Source: Bacteroidales bacterium UBA4347 (GTDB taxonomy: Bacteria > Bacteroidota > Bacteroidia > Bacteroidales > P3). Taken from it: DNA of 45,730 nt. Each line of letters opens with the position of its first letter. Position 1 is the first letter of the stretch. The notes beneath the pieces are model-generated. The model was not told the origin of the DNA. It did not search any database and saw only the letters and a program-made list of their open reading frames with translations. The translations under genes were made by a program, and so were the position numbers. The stretch lies in the NCBI GenBank assembly GCA_002394185.1, contig DGTB01000085.1, positions 1 through 45,730 on the forward strand, read 5' to 3'. This document shows positions 19,206-28,314 of the stretch, piece after piece.

Positions 19206-19676
19206 TCAAAAATCGAACGAAAAGGGCAACAGACTCGCCACACTTGGAAACACTCTCACGTATCCGTTCTTCAGGTAGCACAACACACGCAACGGATGCT
19301 TCTGACGTTGCTCGTATTCCATCAATACCTGACGGCAGGCGCCACAAGGCGATGCCTCACATAATTCTCCCTTTTCGTTCCTGCCCACAATAGCCAAAGT
19401 CTCATACACTTGCACATCTGGACGTTGAGCCGAAGCGGCAAAAACAGCCGTCCTCTCGGCGCAAAGACCAGACGGGTAGGCTGCATTCTCCTGATTGTTG
19501 CCACACACCACTGTGCCGTCAGCCAGCCGGAGTGCCGCCCCTACATGGAAGTGCGAATAGGGAGCGTATGCCCCGTCGGCAGCCTCGACGGCCTTCTGCA
19601 TCAACTCGCGGTCAGCTGCATCCGGCAAATTCGACAATTCAAACTCTTGATAATTGATAACCAATTCTTTATCCAT
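19206..19676 (-). CDS. cdd: Cytidine deaminase
   Basis: Zinc motifs CAERTA and PCGACRQVLMEY. Start chosen at MDKELV (19676); the track starts at 19721. Confidence 0.85.
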   Translation of the reverse strand: MDKELVINYQEFELSNLPDAADRELMQKAVEAADGAYAPYSHFHVGAALRLADGTVVCGNNQENAAYPSGLCAERTAVFAASAQRPDVQVYETLAIVGRNEKGELCEASPCGACRQVLMEYEQRQKHPLRVLCYLKNGYVRVFPSVASLLPFSFDF

Positions 19677-19761
19677 ATATTTCAAATTTTTTCTCATTGC
19701 AAAATTAATCAAAAAAAACAATCAAAGAAACCATTTTTTTAACTATCACATAATCAGCACT

Positions 19762-19843
19762 ATCTCCTTATCATCTCCTTACCAACTCCCACCCAACTCC
19801 TACCCAACTCCTACCATTGTAGGAGATGGTTGGTCGATGGTAA
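19762..19843 (-). repeat. Dispersed element, copy 2 (inverted relative to copy 1)
   Basis: 11-mers ccttaccaact cccacccaact cctacccaact, then the hairpin CTCCTAC catt GTAGGAG (19808..19825). Lies in the divergent cdd / Y-family polymerase spacer. Confidence 0.85.
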
Positions 19844-19933
19844 AGCCGTCGAAGGGTGAAAAAGTCATATACGTAGCACACAATATTCTGTCGAAAAATA
19901 CGTTTCTCGATAGCCAGTGTTTTACAACCACCC

Positions 19934-21430
19934 ATGCAGGCCAACCGCACATATATTGCCATCGACCTCAAGTCGTTCTACGCCTCGGTAGAGTGCGTGG
20001 AGCGGGGCCTCGACCCATTGACTACCAATCTGGTGGTGGCCGACGCCAGCCGAACGGAGAAAACCATCTGCCTGGCAGTAACGCCGTCGCTCAAGGCCTA
20101 TGGTATCGGCGGTCGTGCGCGGTTGTTCGAGGTAGTGCAGCGCGTGCGGCAGGTCAACGCCCAGCGGCGGCGCAATGCCCCTGGCTATCAGCTGCAGGGC
20201 GAGGCCACCGACAGTCGTGACCTGGCTGCGCACCCCGAAAAGGCCCTGGGCTATCTGGTGGCGCCGCCTCGCATGGCCTACTATATTGATTATAGCGCCC
20301 GTATCTACAGCATATACCTGAAATACATAGCCCCGGAGGACATCCATGTCTACTCGGTCGACGAGGTGTTCATGGACGTCACCAACTACCTGGGAACATA
20401 CAAGATAACGTCCCATGAACTGGCTCGTCGCATGATTGCTCATGTGCTGCGTGAAACCGGCATCACGGCTACCGCCGGCATCGGCACCAACCTCTACCTT
20501 TGCAAGGTAGCTATGGACATCGTTGCCAAGCATATACCCGCCGACAAAGACGGCGTGCGCATCGCCGAGCTGGACGAAATGAGCTACCGCCGTCTGCTGT
20601 GGAGCCACCGGCCGCTGACGGACTTCTGGCGTGTCGGTCACGGCATTGCGCACAAGCTTGAGGCATGCGGTATGCACACCATGGGCGACGTAGCCAGACA
20701 ATCTATTGATAACGAATCACTACTGTACAAACTCTTCGGTGTCAACGCCGAGCTTCTCATCGACCATGCCTGGGGTTGGGAGCCGTGCACCATGAAGGCC
20801 ATCAAAAGCTACCGTCCGCGCAGCAACTCCTTCAGTTCCGGCCAGGTGCTCTCCGAACCCTATACCTTCAAAAAAGCGCGCGTAGTAATGCGCGAAATGG
20901 CCGACGCCATGGCCCTCAAACTGGTGAGCCTCCGACTGGTGACCAACCAGATTGGCATCTACGTCAACTATGACGCAGAAAGCTTGAAACAAGGTACTTA
21001 CACCGGTGATATTGTGGACGACTACTATGGTCGCAACGTACCCAAACCAGCTCACGCCGGTGCCAACCTCCCCCACCCCACTTCCTCAGCGCGTATCCTC
21101 ACCGAGGTTGTAGTGCAACTCTTTGACCAGTGTGTCAATCCAAAGCTCCTTGTCCGTCGGCTTACCATCACTGTCAATCAAGTGATTGATGAAAACGACA
21201 GCAGTGTCACCCACCCGGTGACGCAACTCGACATGTTCACCGACTATGAACAATTGGAACGCGAGCAGAAGGCCGTGAAGTCCGCCCTCGACAAGGAGCG
21301 GCGCATGCAAGAGGCCGTGCTCAATATCAAGCGCAAGTTCAACAAGAACGCCATTTTCAAAGGCATGGACCTCGAGGAGGGGGCCACCGCCCGCGAGCGC
21401 AACAGCCAGATAGGAGGGCACAAGGCGTAG
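19934..21430 (+). CDS. Y-family DNA polymerase (UvrX/ImpB-like translesion polymerase)
   Basis: YIAIDLKSFYASVECVERGLDP...SVDEVFMDVT motifs; 498 aa. Confidence 0.8.
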   Translation: MQANRTYIAIDLKSFYASVECVERGLDPLTTNLVVADASRTEKTICLAVTPSLKAYGIGGRARLFEVVQRVRQVNAQRRRNAPGYQLQGEATDSRDLAAHPEKALGYLVAPPRMAYYIDYSARIYSIYLKYIAPEDIHVYSVDEVFMDVTNYLGTYKITSHELARRMIAHVLRETGITATAGIGTNLYLCKVAMDIVAKHIPADKDGVRIAELDEMSYRRLLWSHRPLTDFWRVGHGIAHKLEACGMHTMGDVARQSIDNESLLYKLFGVNAELLIDHAWGWEPCTMKAIKSYRPRSNSFSSGQVLSEPYTFKKARVVMREMADAMALKLVSLRLVTNQIGIYVNYDAESLKQGTYTGDIVDDYYGRNVPKPAHAGANLPHPTSSARILTEVVVQLFDQCVNPKLLVRRLTITVNQVIDENDSSVTHPVTQLDMFTDYEQLEREQKAVKSALDKERRMQEAVLNIKRKFNKNAIFKGMDLEEGATARERNSQIGGHKA

Positions 21431-21463
21431 TTAAGAGTTATGAATTAAGAGTTTAGAGTTATG
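21429..21463 (+). repeat. C-free heptamer array filling the polymerase/yolD-like spacer
   Basis: agttaag agttatg aattaag agtttag agttatg. The first unit overlaps the polymerase TAG stop and the last unit supplies the ATG at 21461. Confidence 0.9.
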
Positions 21464-21673
21464 GAATACGACGATATCATCAACCTTCCGCACCATGTGT
21501 CAACCCACTTTCCGCGCATGAGCCTGGAGAACCGCGCCGCGCAGTTTGCACCCTTCGCCGCACTGACGGGCCTCGAGGCCGCCATCCGTCGCGCGGCGCA
21601 GCACCCCGACGAACAGGTATATTTCGACGACGACATGATGCAAAGTCTTTACAATGAACCCCTTGACGAGTAG
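21461..21673 (+). CDS. YolD-like protein
   Basis: 70 aa. RAAQFAPFAALTGLEAAI is typical of YolD-like partners of Y-family polymerases. Confidence 0.7.
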   Translation: MEYDDIINLPHHVSTHFPRMSLENRAAQFAPFAALTGLEAAIRRAAQHPDEQVYFDDDMMQSLYNEPLDE

Positions 21674-21679
21674 CAAAAT

Positions 21680-22651
21680 ATGAACCACACCGACAATATT
21701 TCCCCCATCATAGGCCTCTCCCCCATGGACGACATCACCGACCTCCCCTTCCGCCAGCTGTGCAAGGAGATGGGGGCCAACCTGTTGATTACGGAGTTCA
21801 TAGCCTCCGAAGCCCTCAACCGCGACGCCGAGAAGAGCATGCGCAAGATGCGTTTCACTCCGGAGCAGCGGCCCATTGGCATTCAGGTGTTTGGCGCCAA
21901 CGAGGAGGAGCTGCTGCAATGCCTCGAGGTGGTGGAGCAGGCCGAGCCGGATTTCATCGACATCAACTGGGGATGCCCCGTGCGCAAGGTGGCCGGCAAG
22001 GGGGCCGGCTCCGGCATCCTGCAAGACATACCTAAAATGCTTAGAATCACCGCCGCTATGGTGCAGCGGGCGCACCTGCCGGTGACCGTCAAAACCCGCT
22101 TGGCGTACAATGCTGATTCCATGCCAGTTACCGATTTTGCCGAAGCGCTTCAGGACACAGGCATTGCGGCCCTCAGCATCCATGGACGCACTAAGACTCA
22201 GATGTATAGCGGCGTTGCCGACTGGACCATGATCGGGGAGGTGAAGCGGAACCCCCGCATCCACATCCCGATCTACGGCAACGGCGACATCACCTCGGCC
22301 ACGCAAACCGTTGATAACATGAGTCGTTACGGTGTCGACGGGGTACTTATCGGCCGTGGCGCCATCGGCAACCCTTGGATCTTTGAGCAATGCCAGCGTG
22401 CTCTGCAGGGACTGCCCGAGAGGGAGATCACCGTGGCCGAGCGCGTGGCCGTCTGCCGTCGCCATCTGCAGGCAGCCATCGACTTCAAGGGCGAACGCAC
22501 GGCCATCTTCGAAATGCGCAAGCACTATGGCAACTACTTCCGTGGACTCTTCAATTTCAAGCCGTTCCGCCTCGCCCTTGTCGCCACGCCCACAGCCGAG
22601 GCCACCTTCGAAGTCCTCGACCGCATTGCCGAACACTATGCCACACAATAA
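21680..22651 (+). CDS. dusB: tRNA-dihydrouridine synthase
   Basis: SPMDDITDLPFRQLC...DINWGCP...K...HGRT motifs of the Dus family. Confidence 0.85.
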   Translation: MNHTDNISPIIGLSPMDDITDLPFRQLCKEMGANLLITEFIASEALNRDAEKSMRKMRFTPEQRPIGIQVFGANEEELLQCLEVVEQAEPDFIDINWGCPVRKVAGKGAGSGILQDIPKMLRITAAMVQRAHLPVTVKTRLAYNADSMPVTDFAEALQDTGIAALSIHGRTKTQMYSGVADWTMIGEVKRNPRIHIPIYGNGDITSATQTVDNMSRYGVDGVLIGRGAIGNPWIFEQCQRALQGLPEREITVAERVAVCRRHLQAAIDFKGERTAIFEMRKHYGNYFRGLFNFKPFRLALVATPTAEATFEVLDRIAEHYATQ

Positions 22652-22681
22652 ATATTGCTTTTTGTCGTTACAAGGAACGTT

Positions 22682-23134
22682 ATGGAAGAAAAGAACATAA
22701 TAGAAATCAAGAATAAACGCGCCGCATACGAGTACTTCCTCATGGACGAGTACACGGCAGGTATCGTGCTGATGGGCAGCGAGATAAAGAGCATCCGCGA
22801 GGGCAAGGCCAACCTGAGCGACGCCTGGTGCACCTTCGTGGGCAACGAGCTGTTTGTGCGCGACATGCACATCTCCGAGTACAAGTTCGGCTCCTACTGG
22901 GGCCACCAGGCCAAGCGCGACCGCAAGCTGTTGCTCAACCGTCGCGAGCTGCGCAAGCTGCAGAACAAAATCAAGGAGCGCGGCTACACCATCGTGCCCG
23001 TGCTGCTTTTCGTCAACCCCCAGGGCTATGCCAAGCTCACCATCGCCCTCGCCAAGGGTAAACACCACTACGACAAGCGCGAAACCATCAAGGCCAAAGA
23101 CTCGCGTCGCGACATGGAAAGGGAGTTGGCATAG
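22682..23134 (+). CDS. smpB: SsrA-binding protein
   Basis: [11 protein letters not shown]...[20 protein letters not shown]...[13 protein letters not shown]. Confidence 0.9.
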   Translation: MEEKNIIEIKNKRAAYEYFLMDEYTAGIVLMGSEIKSIREGKANLSDAWCTFVGNELFVRDMHISEYKFGSYWGHQAKRDRKLLLNRRELRKLQNKIKERGYTIVPVLLFVNPQGYAKLTIALAKGKHHYDKRETIKAKDSRRDMERELA

Positions 23135-23138
23135 CGGA

Positions 23139-23172
23139 GTAGTTAAGTAGACAGTAGTTAAGTAGTTAAGAG
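23139..23172 (+). repeat. GTAGTTAA-type tandem array upstream of aspartate kinase
   Basis: gtagttaa gtagaca gtagttaa gtagttaa gagag. One C in 34 nt. Ends 2 nt before the ATG at 23175. Confidence 0.85.
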
Positions 23173-23174
23173 AG

Positions 23175-24500
23175 ATGAAGGTTTTTAAGTTTGGAGGAGC
23201 ATCGGTCAATAGCGCCGACGCCGTGCGCAACATGGCGCATATCGTGCAAACACACTTGGAATCAGAACCTTTGGTGGTTGTGGTCTCCGCCATGGGCAAG
23301 ACCACCAACCTGCTGGAGAAACTCGTGCCCGGAAGTCCGGAGTGCGAAACGCAAGGCCAGGCCCTGCGCAAGCAGTTGGAGGACTACCACCTTGGCATTG
23401 CCAACGGACTGATTCCAAACGACAAAGAGCTCGTTGGCAAGATTCAGTCCCTGCTGCACGAACTGGACGAGACCATCGCGACGCTGCAGCCCCTGTCGGA
23501 ACATTACAACTACAACTACGACCAGGTTGTCTCCTTCGGCGAACTCATCTCCACCACCATCATCGCGCACTACCTTAACCACCATGGAATCAACACCCAA
23601 TGGGCCGATGCGCGCAAGCTTGTTGTCACCGACAACCACTTCCGCGAAGGGCGTGTGGATTGGACGGAGACGGCCGAGAGGTGGAGGGCGATGAGCGAGC
23701 AATGGAGTACGGAAGGCGGCGCACCGCAGGTGTTGCTGACGCAGGGCTTCATTGCCGGCGCCAAAGAGGAGGATGACAACCTGCAGTTCTCCATCTTCAA
23801 CCTCCAGTTCTCCACCACGACCCTGGGCCGCGAGGGCTCCGACTACAGCGCCGCCATCTTGGCCTACTGCCTTGGGGCCGAAAGCGTTACCATCTGGAAG
23901 GATGTGCCGGGTTTCCTCAATGCCGACCCCAAATTCTTCCCGGACACGGTCAAAATCAACGAGATACCCTACGACGAAGCCATCGAGCTGGCCTACTATG
24001 GCGCTTCGGTCATCCACCCCAAGACCGTCAAACCCCTCCAGAACATGGGCATTCCGCTCTACATCCGCTCTTTTATCCACCCTGAGGCCAAGGGCTCCGT
24101 TATCGGCAACTATCATATTATCAGCCCCGAAACACCGCTGTACATCTTCCGTAACAACCAGATACTGCTCTCCGTCTACCCCCGCGACTACTCCTTCATT
24201 GCCGAGGACAATCTGCAGGTCATCTTCGGCATTCTCAGCAAGATAGGTGTGCGCGTGAACCTGATGCAGAACTCTGCCTTGAGTTTCTCCATCTGCGTGG
24301 ACAACAACCCACAGCTCATCGGAAGGTTGATTGAGGAGTTAAAGAGCATGTTCCGTGTGCGTTACAACGAGAACCTGCAGCTTGTCACCATCCGTTACTA
24401 CACGCAGCAGGTCATCGACCGCATCGTTGCCGGCCGCCCCATCCTCTTGGAGCAGCGCAGCCGCCTCACCGAGCAGATTGTTGTCCCACTGGACAAATAA
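23175..24500 (+). CDS. lysC: Aspartate kinase
   Basis: KVFKFGGASV...VVVSAMGKTT...LGREGSDYSAA, with C-terminal ACT-like repeats. Confidence 0.85.
   Translation: MKVFKFGGASVNSADAVRNMAHIVQTHLESEPLVVVVSAMGKTTNLLEKLVPGSPECETQGQALRKQLEDYHLGIANGLIPNDKELVGKIQSLLHELDETIATLQPLSEHYNYNYDQVVSFGELISTTIIAHYLNHHGINTQWADARKLVVTDNHFREGRVDWTETAERWRAMSEQWSTEGGAPQVLLTQGFIAGAKEEDDNLQFSIFNLQFSTTTLGREGSDYSAAILAYCLGAESVTIWKDVPGFLNADPKFFPDTVKINEIPYDEAIELAYYGASVIHPKTVKPLQNMGIPLYIRSFIHPEAKGSVIGNYHIISPETPLYIFRNNQILLSVYPRDYSFIAEDNLQVIFGILSKIGVRVNLMQNSALSFSICVDNNPQLIGRLIEELKSMFRVRYNENLQLVTIRYYTQQVIDRIVAGRPILLEQRSRLTEQIVVPLDK
23778..23812 (-). repeat. Heptamer-type array inside aspartate kinase
   Basis: Coding strand aacctgc agttctc catcttc aacctcc agttctc encodes NLQFSIFNLQFS, just before the conserved TTLGREGSDYSAA. 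More diverged than the other arrays (3 C on the G-rich strand). Confidence 0.7.
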
Positions 24501-24509
24501 ACATATCCC

Positions 24510-25538
24510 ATGATGGAAACACACTTCAACAACCTGAAAGTATGCCGTTTGACCGACGGCAAGGGGTTCGACGTCGAGCTTACCAACATCGGTGCCCGCA
24601 TCATGCGCCTGAGGGTGGACGGCGTGGATGTCGTCCAGGGGTTCGAACGCCCCGAGGACTACCTGCCCGAAGCCCACCTGTCCGACTTCGGCGCCGTTGT
24701 GGGGCGCTATGCCAACCGCATCTGTGGCGGCCGCGTCGTCATCGGCGGCGAGGTCGTCCAGCTGCCGCAGAACAACGGCCCCAACTGCCTGCACGGCGGC
24801 CCCCGCGGATGGCAGTATTCTGTTTACCAGATTGTTGAAGCGGACGACCGTCATGTCGAGATGGTCCTTCGCAGTCCCGACGGCGACAACGGCTTCCCCG
24901 GCAATGTCGATGTCCGTGTGCGCTACACCCTCGCCGACGACCGCGCCCTGCGCATCGACTACCGTGCCGTCAGCGACAAGCCCACGGTGATCAACATGAC
25001 CAACCACAGCTATTTCAACCTCGACGGCACCACCGGCTGCACCGTCTGCCCTTCGGCCGAAGGACACACCCTGCGTATCGACGCCGACCGCTATATGCCT
25101 GTGGATGAGACCATGATACCGCTCCGCGATGCCGCCAGCGTCGACGGCAGTCCCTTCGATTTCCGCGAGGCTAAACCCATCGGGCGCGACATCGAGTGCG
25201 GCCATCCCCAGCTGGTCGTTGGCAGCGGCTACGACCAAAACTTCATCCTCAACCACCCGGGCCTCGATGTCCCCTCCGCCGTCCTGCAGGGGCAGCGCAG
25301 CGGCATCGTCATGGAGCTCTACACCACGGCCCCGGGCCTGCAGCTCTACACGGGCAACTTCCTCGACGGCGTTGCCGGTCGCGGCGGCACCCAGTACCCT
25401 CGTCGCAGCGCCGTATGCCTTGAGGCACAGCAGTATCCCGACTCGCCCAACCGCAGCTGGCCGGAGTCGACAGGCCGTCTGAATCCCGGCGAGATGTTCG
25501 AGAGCACAACCATCTTTAAATTCAAGAAATCCAGATAA
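24510..25538 (+). CDS. galM: Aldose 1-epimerase (galactose mutarotase)
   Basis: GRYANRI...NCLHGG...TNHSYFNL...EAQ..PDS motifs. Confidence 0.85.
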   Translation: MMETHFNNLKVCRLTDGKGFDVELTNIGARIMRLRVDGVDVVQGFERPEDYLPEAHLSDFGAVVGRYANRICGGRVVIGGEVVQLPQNNGPNCLHGGPRGWQYSVYQIVEADDRHVEMVLRSPDGDNGFPGNVDVRVRYTLADDRALRIDYRAVSDKPTVINMTNHSYFNLDGTTGCTVCPSAEGHTLRIDADRYMPVDETMIPLRDAASVDGSPFDFREAKPIGRDIECGHPQLVVGSGYDQNFILNHPGLDVPSAVLQGQRSGIVMELYTTAPGLQLYTGNFLDGVAGRGGTQYPRRSAVCLEAQQYPDSPNRSWPESTGRLNPGEMFESTTIFKFKKSR

Positions 25539-25540
25539 AT

Positions 25541-26677
25541 ATGATAGACATCGACAATCTGAAGAAAGAATTCGCCTCCCGTTTCGGTGGCGAAGGGACG
25601 GCCTACGGCGCTCCCGGGCGCATCAACCTCATCGGCGAGCATACCGACTACAACGGCGGCTTCGTCTTTCCCGGTGCTGTGGCACAGGGCATTACCGCCA
25701 TCGTCCGCCCCAATGGGACGGGCACCGTCAACGCCTATGCCGTCGACCTGCCGCTGGCTTTCAGCTTCCCCGTCGAGGGCGAGTGGCAAGGCCCTGTGGC
25801 GGCCATGTACCTCTACGGCGTGGTGAGCGAGATGCAGGCGGCGGGTGTGCAGGTGGCTGGCTTCGACGCCGTCTACGGCGGCGATGTGCCCCTCGGCGCG
25901 GGCATGAGCTCGTCGGCGGCGCTCGAGAGCTGCTTCGCCTTCGCCCTCAACGACCTCTACCACGGCGGCCTGGACCGCATGACGATGGCCCGCATCGGGC
26001 AGGCCACGGAACACAAATACGTGGGTGTGAAGTGCGGCATCATGGACCAGTTCGCCTCCATGCACGGCCGCAAGGGGAGCCTGGTGAGACTCGACTGCCG
26101 CAGCGGTGAATACCGTTATTTCCCCTGGAATCCTGACGGTTACAGCCTGCTGCTGGTCAACAGCTGCGTGAAGCACGAGCTGGTGGGCTCGCCCTACAAC
26201 GACCGCCGCGCCTCCTGCGAGCGTGTGGCTGCCGCCGCCGGCGTGGAGACGCTGCGCGACTGCTCCTGGGAACAGCTCGAAGCCCTGCGCCCCACGCTCT
26301 CCGACGAGGACTACCGCCGTGCCCGCTATGTGCTGGGCGAAGCCGACCGCGTGAAGGCCGTCGGCGAGGCCCTGGAGCGCAACGACTACGAGGCGGTAGG
26401 CCGCCAGATGTACCTTACCCACGAGGGGCTGAGCCGCGACTACGAGGTCAGCTGCCCCGAACTGGACTTCCTTGTCGACGAGGCCCGCCGCATGGGCGTC
26501 GCCGGCGCACGTCTGATGGGCGGAGGCTTCGGCGGATGTACCATCAACCTGATTGCCAACGACAAAGTTTCCCGGTTCACCCAGGAGGTTGGCCGCACCT
26601 ATGCCGACCTCTTCGGCGTGGACTGCAAAATCATCCCCGTAGAAATCGGCGACGGCGCCCGCCGCTTGGCACTATGA
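25541..26677 (+). CDS. galK: Galactokinase
   Basis: GRINLIGEHTDYNGG and the GHMP motif PLGAGMSSSAA. Confidence 0.92.
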   Translation: MIDIDNLKKEFASRFGGEGTAYGAPGRINLIGEHTDYNGGFVFPGAVAQGITAIVRPNGTGTVNAYAVDLPLAFSFPVEGEWQGPVAAMYLYGVVSEMQAAGVQVAGFDAVYGGDVPLGAGMSSSAALESCFAFALNDLYHGGLDRMTMARIGQATEHKYVGVKCGIMDQFASMHGRKGSLVRLDCRSGEYRYFPWNPDGYSLLLVNSCVKHELVGSPYNDRRASCERVAAAAGVETLRDCSWEQLEALRPTLSDEDYRRARYVLGEADRVKAVGEALERNDYEAVGRQMYLTHEGLSRDYEVSCPELDFLVDEARRMGVAGARLMGGGFGGCTINLIANDKVSRFTQEVGRTYADLFGVDCKIIPVEIGDGARRLAL

Positions 26678-26922
26678 CCACCCTCGACACCTCCCAGATG
26701 TGCTCGCATCTGCAGAAGAAGCTGTTCGATGCCGATGGCCTCTACCATGGTCTCTGGACAGCCCTGCAGGACGACCCTGAGCTGACGGCCGTGGTGCGCT
26801 CACGCCAGCTCCACATCTACCGCAACGGCAAGAAAGTGCTGGTGCTGGCCGGCAAATCTGCCCCGAAGATAATAAGAGAGGACCGCATCTGCAAGATGCT
26901 GCCCGCAAACATGAACAAATAA
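26674..26922 (+). CDS. Small hypothetical protein (82 aa)
   Basis: The ATG at 26674 overlaps the galK TGA (ATGA). Host-like composition and no recognisable domain. The track's longer 26536 start lies inside galK. Confidence 0.45.
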   Translation: MTTLDTSQMCSHLQKKLFDADGLYHGLWTALQDDPELTAVVRSRQLHIYRNGKKVLVLAGKSAPKIIREDRICKMLPANMNK

Positions 26923-26931
26923 CAACCACCT

Positions 26932-27423
26932 ATGGAACCCCGTTTCAACATCCGGCCCGCGAGGCCCGACGAGGCAGGACTCGTCCTGGAATTCATCAAG
27001 CGTTTGGCCGACTACGAGAAATGTGCCGACGAGGTCGTGGCCGACGAAGCCACCATCCGTCATTCGCTGTTCGTGGAGCACTCCGCCGAAGTGGTCTTCG
27101 CCGAGGAGGACGGCGTAGCGATAGGCTTCGCCCTCTTTTTCCACAACTTCTCCACCTTCGTGGGGCGGAAAGGCCTCTACCTCGAAGACCTGTTCATCAT
27201 CCCCGAAAAACGCGGCCGTGGCTACGGCAAAGCCCTGCTGAAATACCTGGCCCGTACGGCTGTGGAGCGCAACTGCGGCCGCATGGAATGGATCTGCCTC
27301 GACTGGAACCAGCCGGCATTGAACGTATACCGCTCCATCGGCGCCGTACCCATGGACGAGTGGACCGTCCAGAGACTGTCGGAGACAGCATTGAAACAAT
27401 TCGCAGACAACGAGATAAACTGA
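26932..27423 (+). CDS. GNAT N-acetyltransferase, diamine (spermidine/spermine) acetyltransferase-like
   Basis: IRPARPDEAGLVLEFIKRLADYEK...LYLEDLFIIPEKRGRGYGKALL...W...N..A...Y resembles SSAT-type GNATs. Confidence 0.75.
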   Translation: MEPRFNIRPARPDEAGLVLEFIKRLADYEKCADEVVADEATIRHSLFVEHSAEVVFAEEDGVAIGFALFFHNFSTFVGRKGLYLEDLFIIPEKRGRGYGKALLKYLARTAVERNCGRMEWICLDWNQPALNVYRSIGAVPMDEWTVQRLSETALKQFADNEIN

Positions 27424-27576
27424 CCATCGCCGTCTCCCCGACCCAGATACTGGCAAGTCGAACGAGGCGGAAAGTAGTTACGATAACTGATATTCTGGCT
27501 GCAAAAGTGGCCACTAAAAATGTATTCATAATGCACAAAGTGACTATGAAAAATGTTTTTTATTACATTTTTTTCA

Positions 27577-27584
27577 TATATTTG
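27577..27584 (+). promoter_or_regulatory. -7 box TAtaTTTG for the UDG-family gene
   Basis: TATATTTG lies 80 nt upstream of the ATG at 27664. Confidence 0.4.
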
Positions 27585-27663
27585 CATTTATTGACAAGCC
27601 CCACACACCTCAATAAAACCATAGGACAAACAATAAAAAGCACATTAATCCGACGACGAATAT

Positions 27664-28314
27664 ATGTCTGATTCGCAAACAAACAATATTGAGCGCCACC
27701 CCCTGCGGCCCTTCCTGCCGCCCAACGCGCGGCTGCTGATGCTCGGCAGCTTCCCGCCGCCGCGCAAGCGGTGGTGCATGGACTTTTTTTATCCCAACCG
27801 CACGAACATGATGTGGGAGATCTTCGGCGAGGTGTTCTTCGGCGACAGCCGGCGGCTGGTGGACGCCACAAACAAGACCTTCCGGCAGGCCGACATCGAA
27901 GCCCTGCTCCGCGAGCGCGGCATCGCCATCTACGACACCGCCACCGCCGTGCGCCGCCTCAGCGGCAACGCCTCCGACAAGGACCTGCAGATCGTCGAGA
28001 AGACCGACATCCCGCAGCTGCTGAGCCAGATACCCCTCTGCCACGACCTGGTGTGCACCGGCCAGAAGAGCTTCTCCGTCCTCACGGAGGACTACGGCGT
28101 GCCCGTTCCCGCCATGGGCGCAAGCAACGAATTCTCCATCCCCATTCCTCCCCTGTCGATGGGAGGTGCCCAACGGGCGGAGGGGTCCATCAAATCCTCC
28201 ACCAGAACCCTGCGCCTCTGGCGCATGCCCTCCTCCTCCAGGGCCTTCCCCATGAAGCTCGAAGAGAAAGCCTCCTACTACCGACGCCTGATGCAGGCGG
28301 TGGGCATCATTTAG
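27664..28314 (+). CDS. Uracil-DNA glycosylase superfamily protein (deoxyinosine/hypoxanthine glycosylase-like)
   Basis: LLMLGSFPPP...FFYPNRTNMMW resembles family-6-type UDGs. The specific assignment is from memory only. Confidence 0.55.
   Translation: MSDSQTNNIERHPLRPFLPPNARLLMLGSFPPPRKRWCMDFFYPNRTNMMWEIFGEVFFGDSRRLVDATNKTFRQADIEALLRERGIAIYDTATAVRRLSGNASDKDLQIVEKTDIPQLLSQIPLCHDLVCTGQKSFSVLTEDYGVPVPAMGASNEFSIPIPPLSMGGAQRAEGSIKSSTRTLRLWRMPSSSRAFPMKLEEKASYYRRLMQAVGII

Noticed and set aside
23135-23174. Lysine riboswitch or leader upstream of aspartate kinase
   Set aside because: The spacer is only about 40 nt and is fully occupied by the GTAGTTAA array, which is far too short for an L-box.
21500-23371. 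623-aa minus-strand ORF
   Set aside because: It is antisense to yolD-like, dusB, smpB and the lysC start, all of which have strong family motifs.
25346-26422. 358-aa minus-strand ORF
   Set aside because: It is antisense to galK and galM, which are unambiguous.
26674-27423. Small ORF plus GNAT as a GNAT-type toxin-antitoxin pair
   Set aside because: The GNAT aligns along its length with spermidine/spermine-type diamine acetyltransferases (IRPA...LADYEK...LYLEDLF...RG.G.G). The upstream ORF shows no RHH- or DUF1778-like features.
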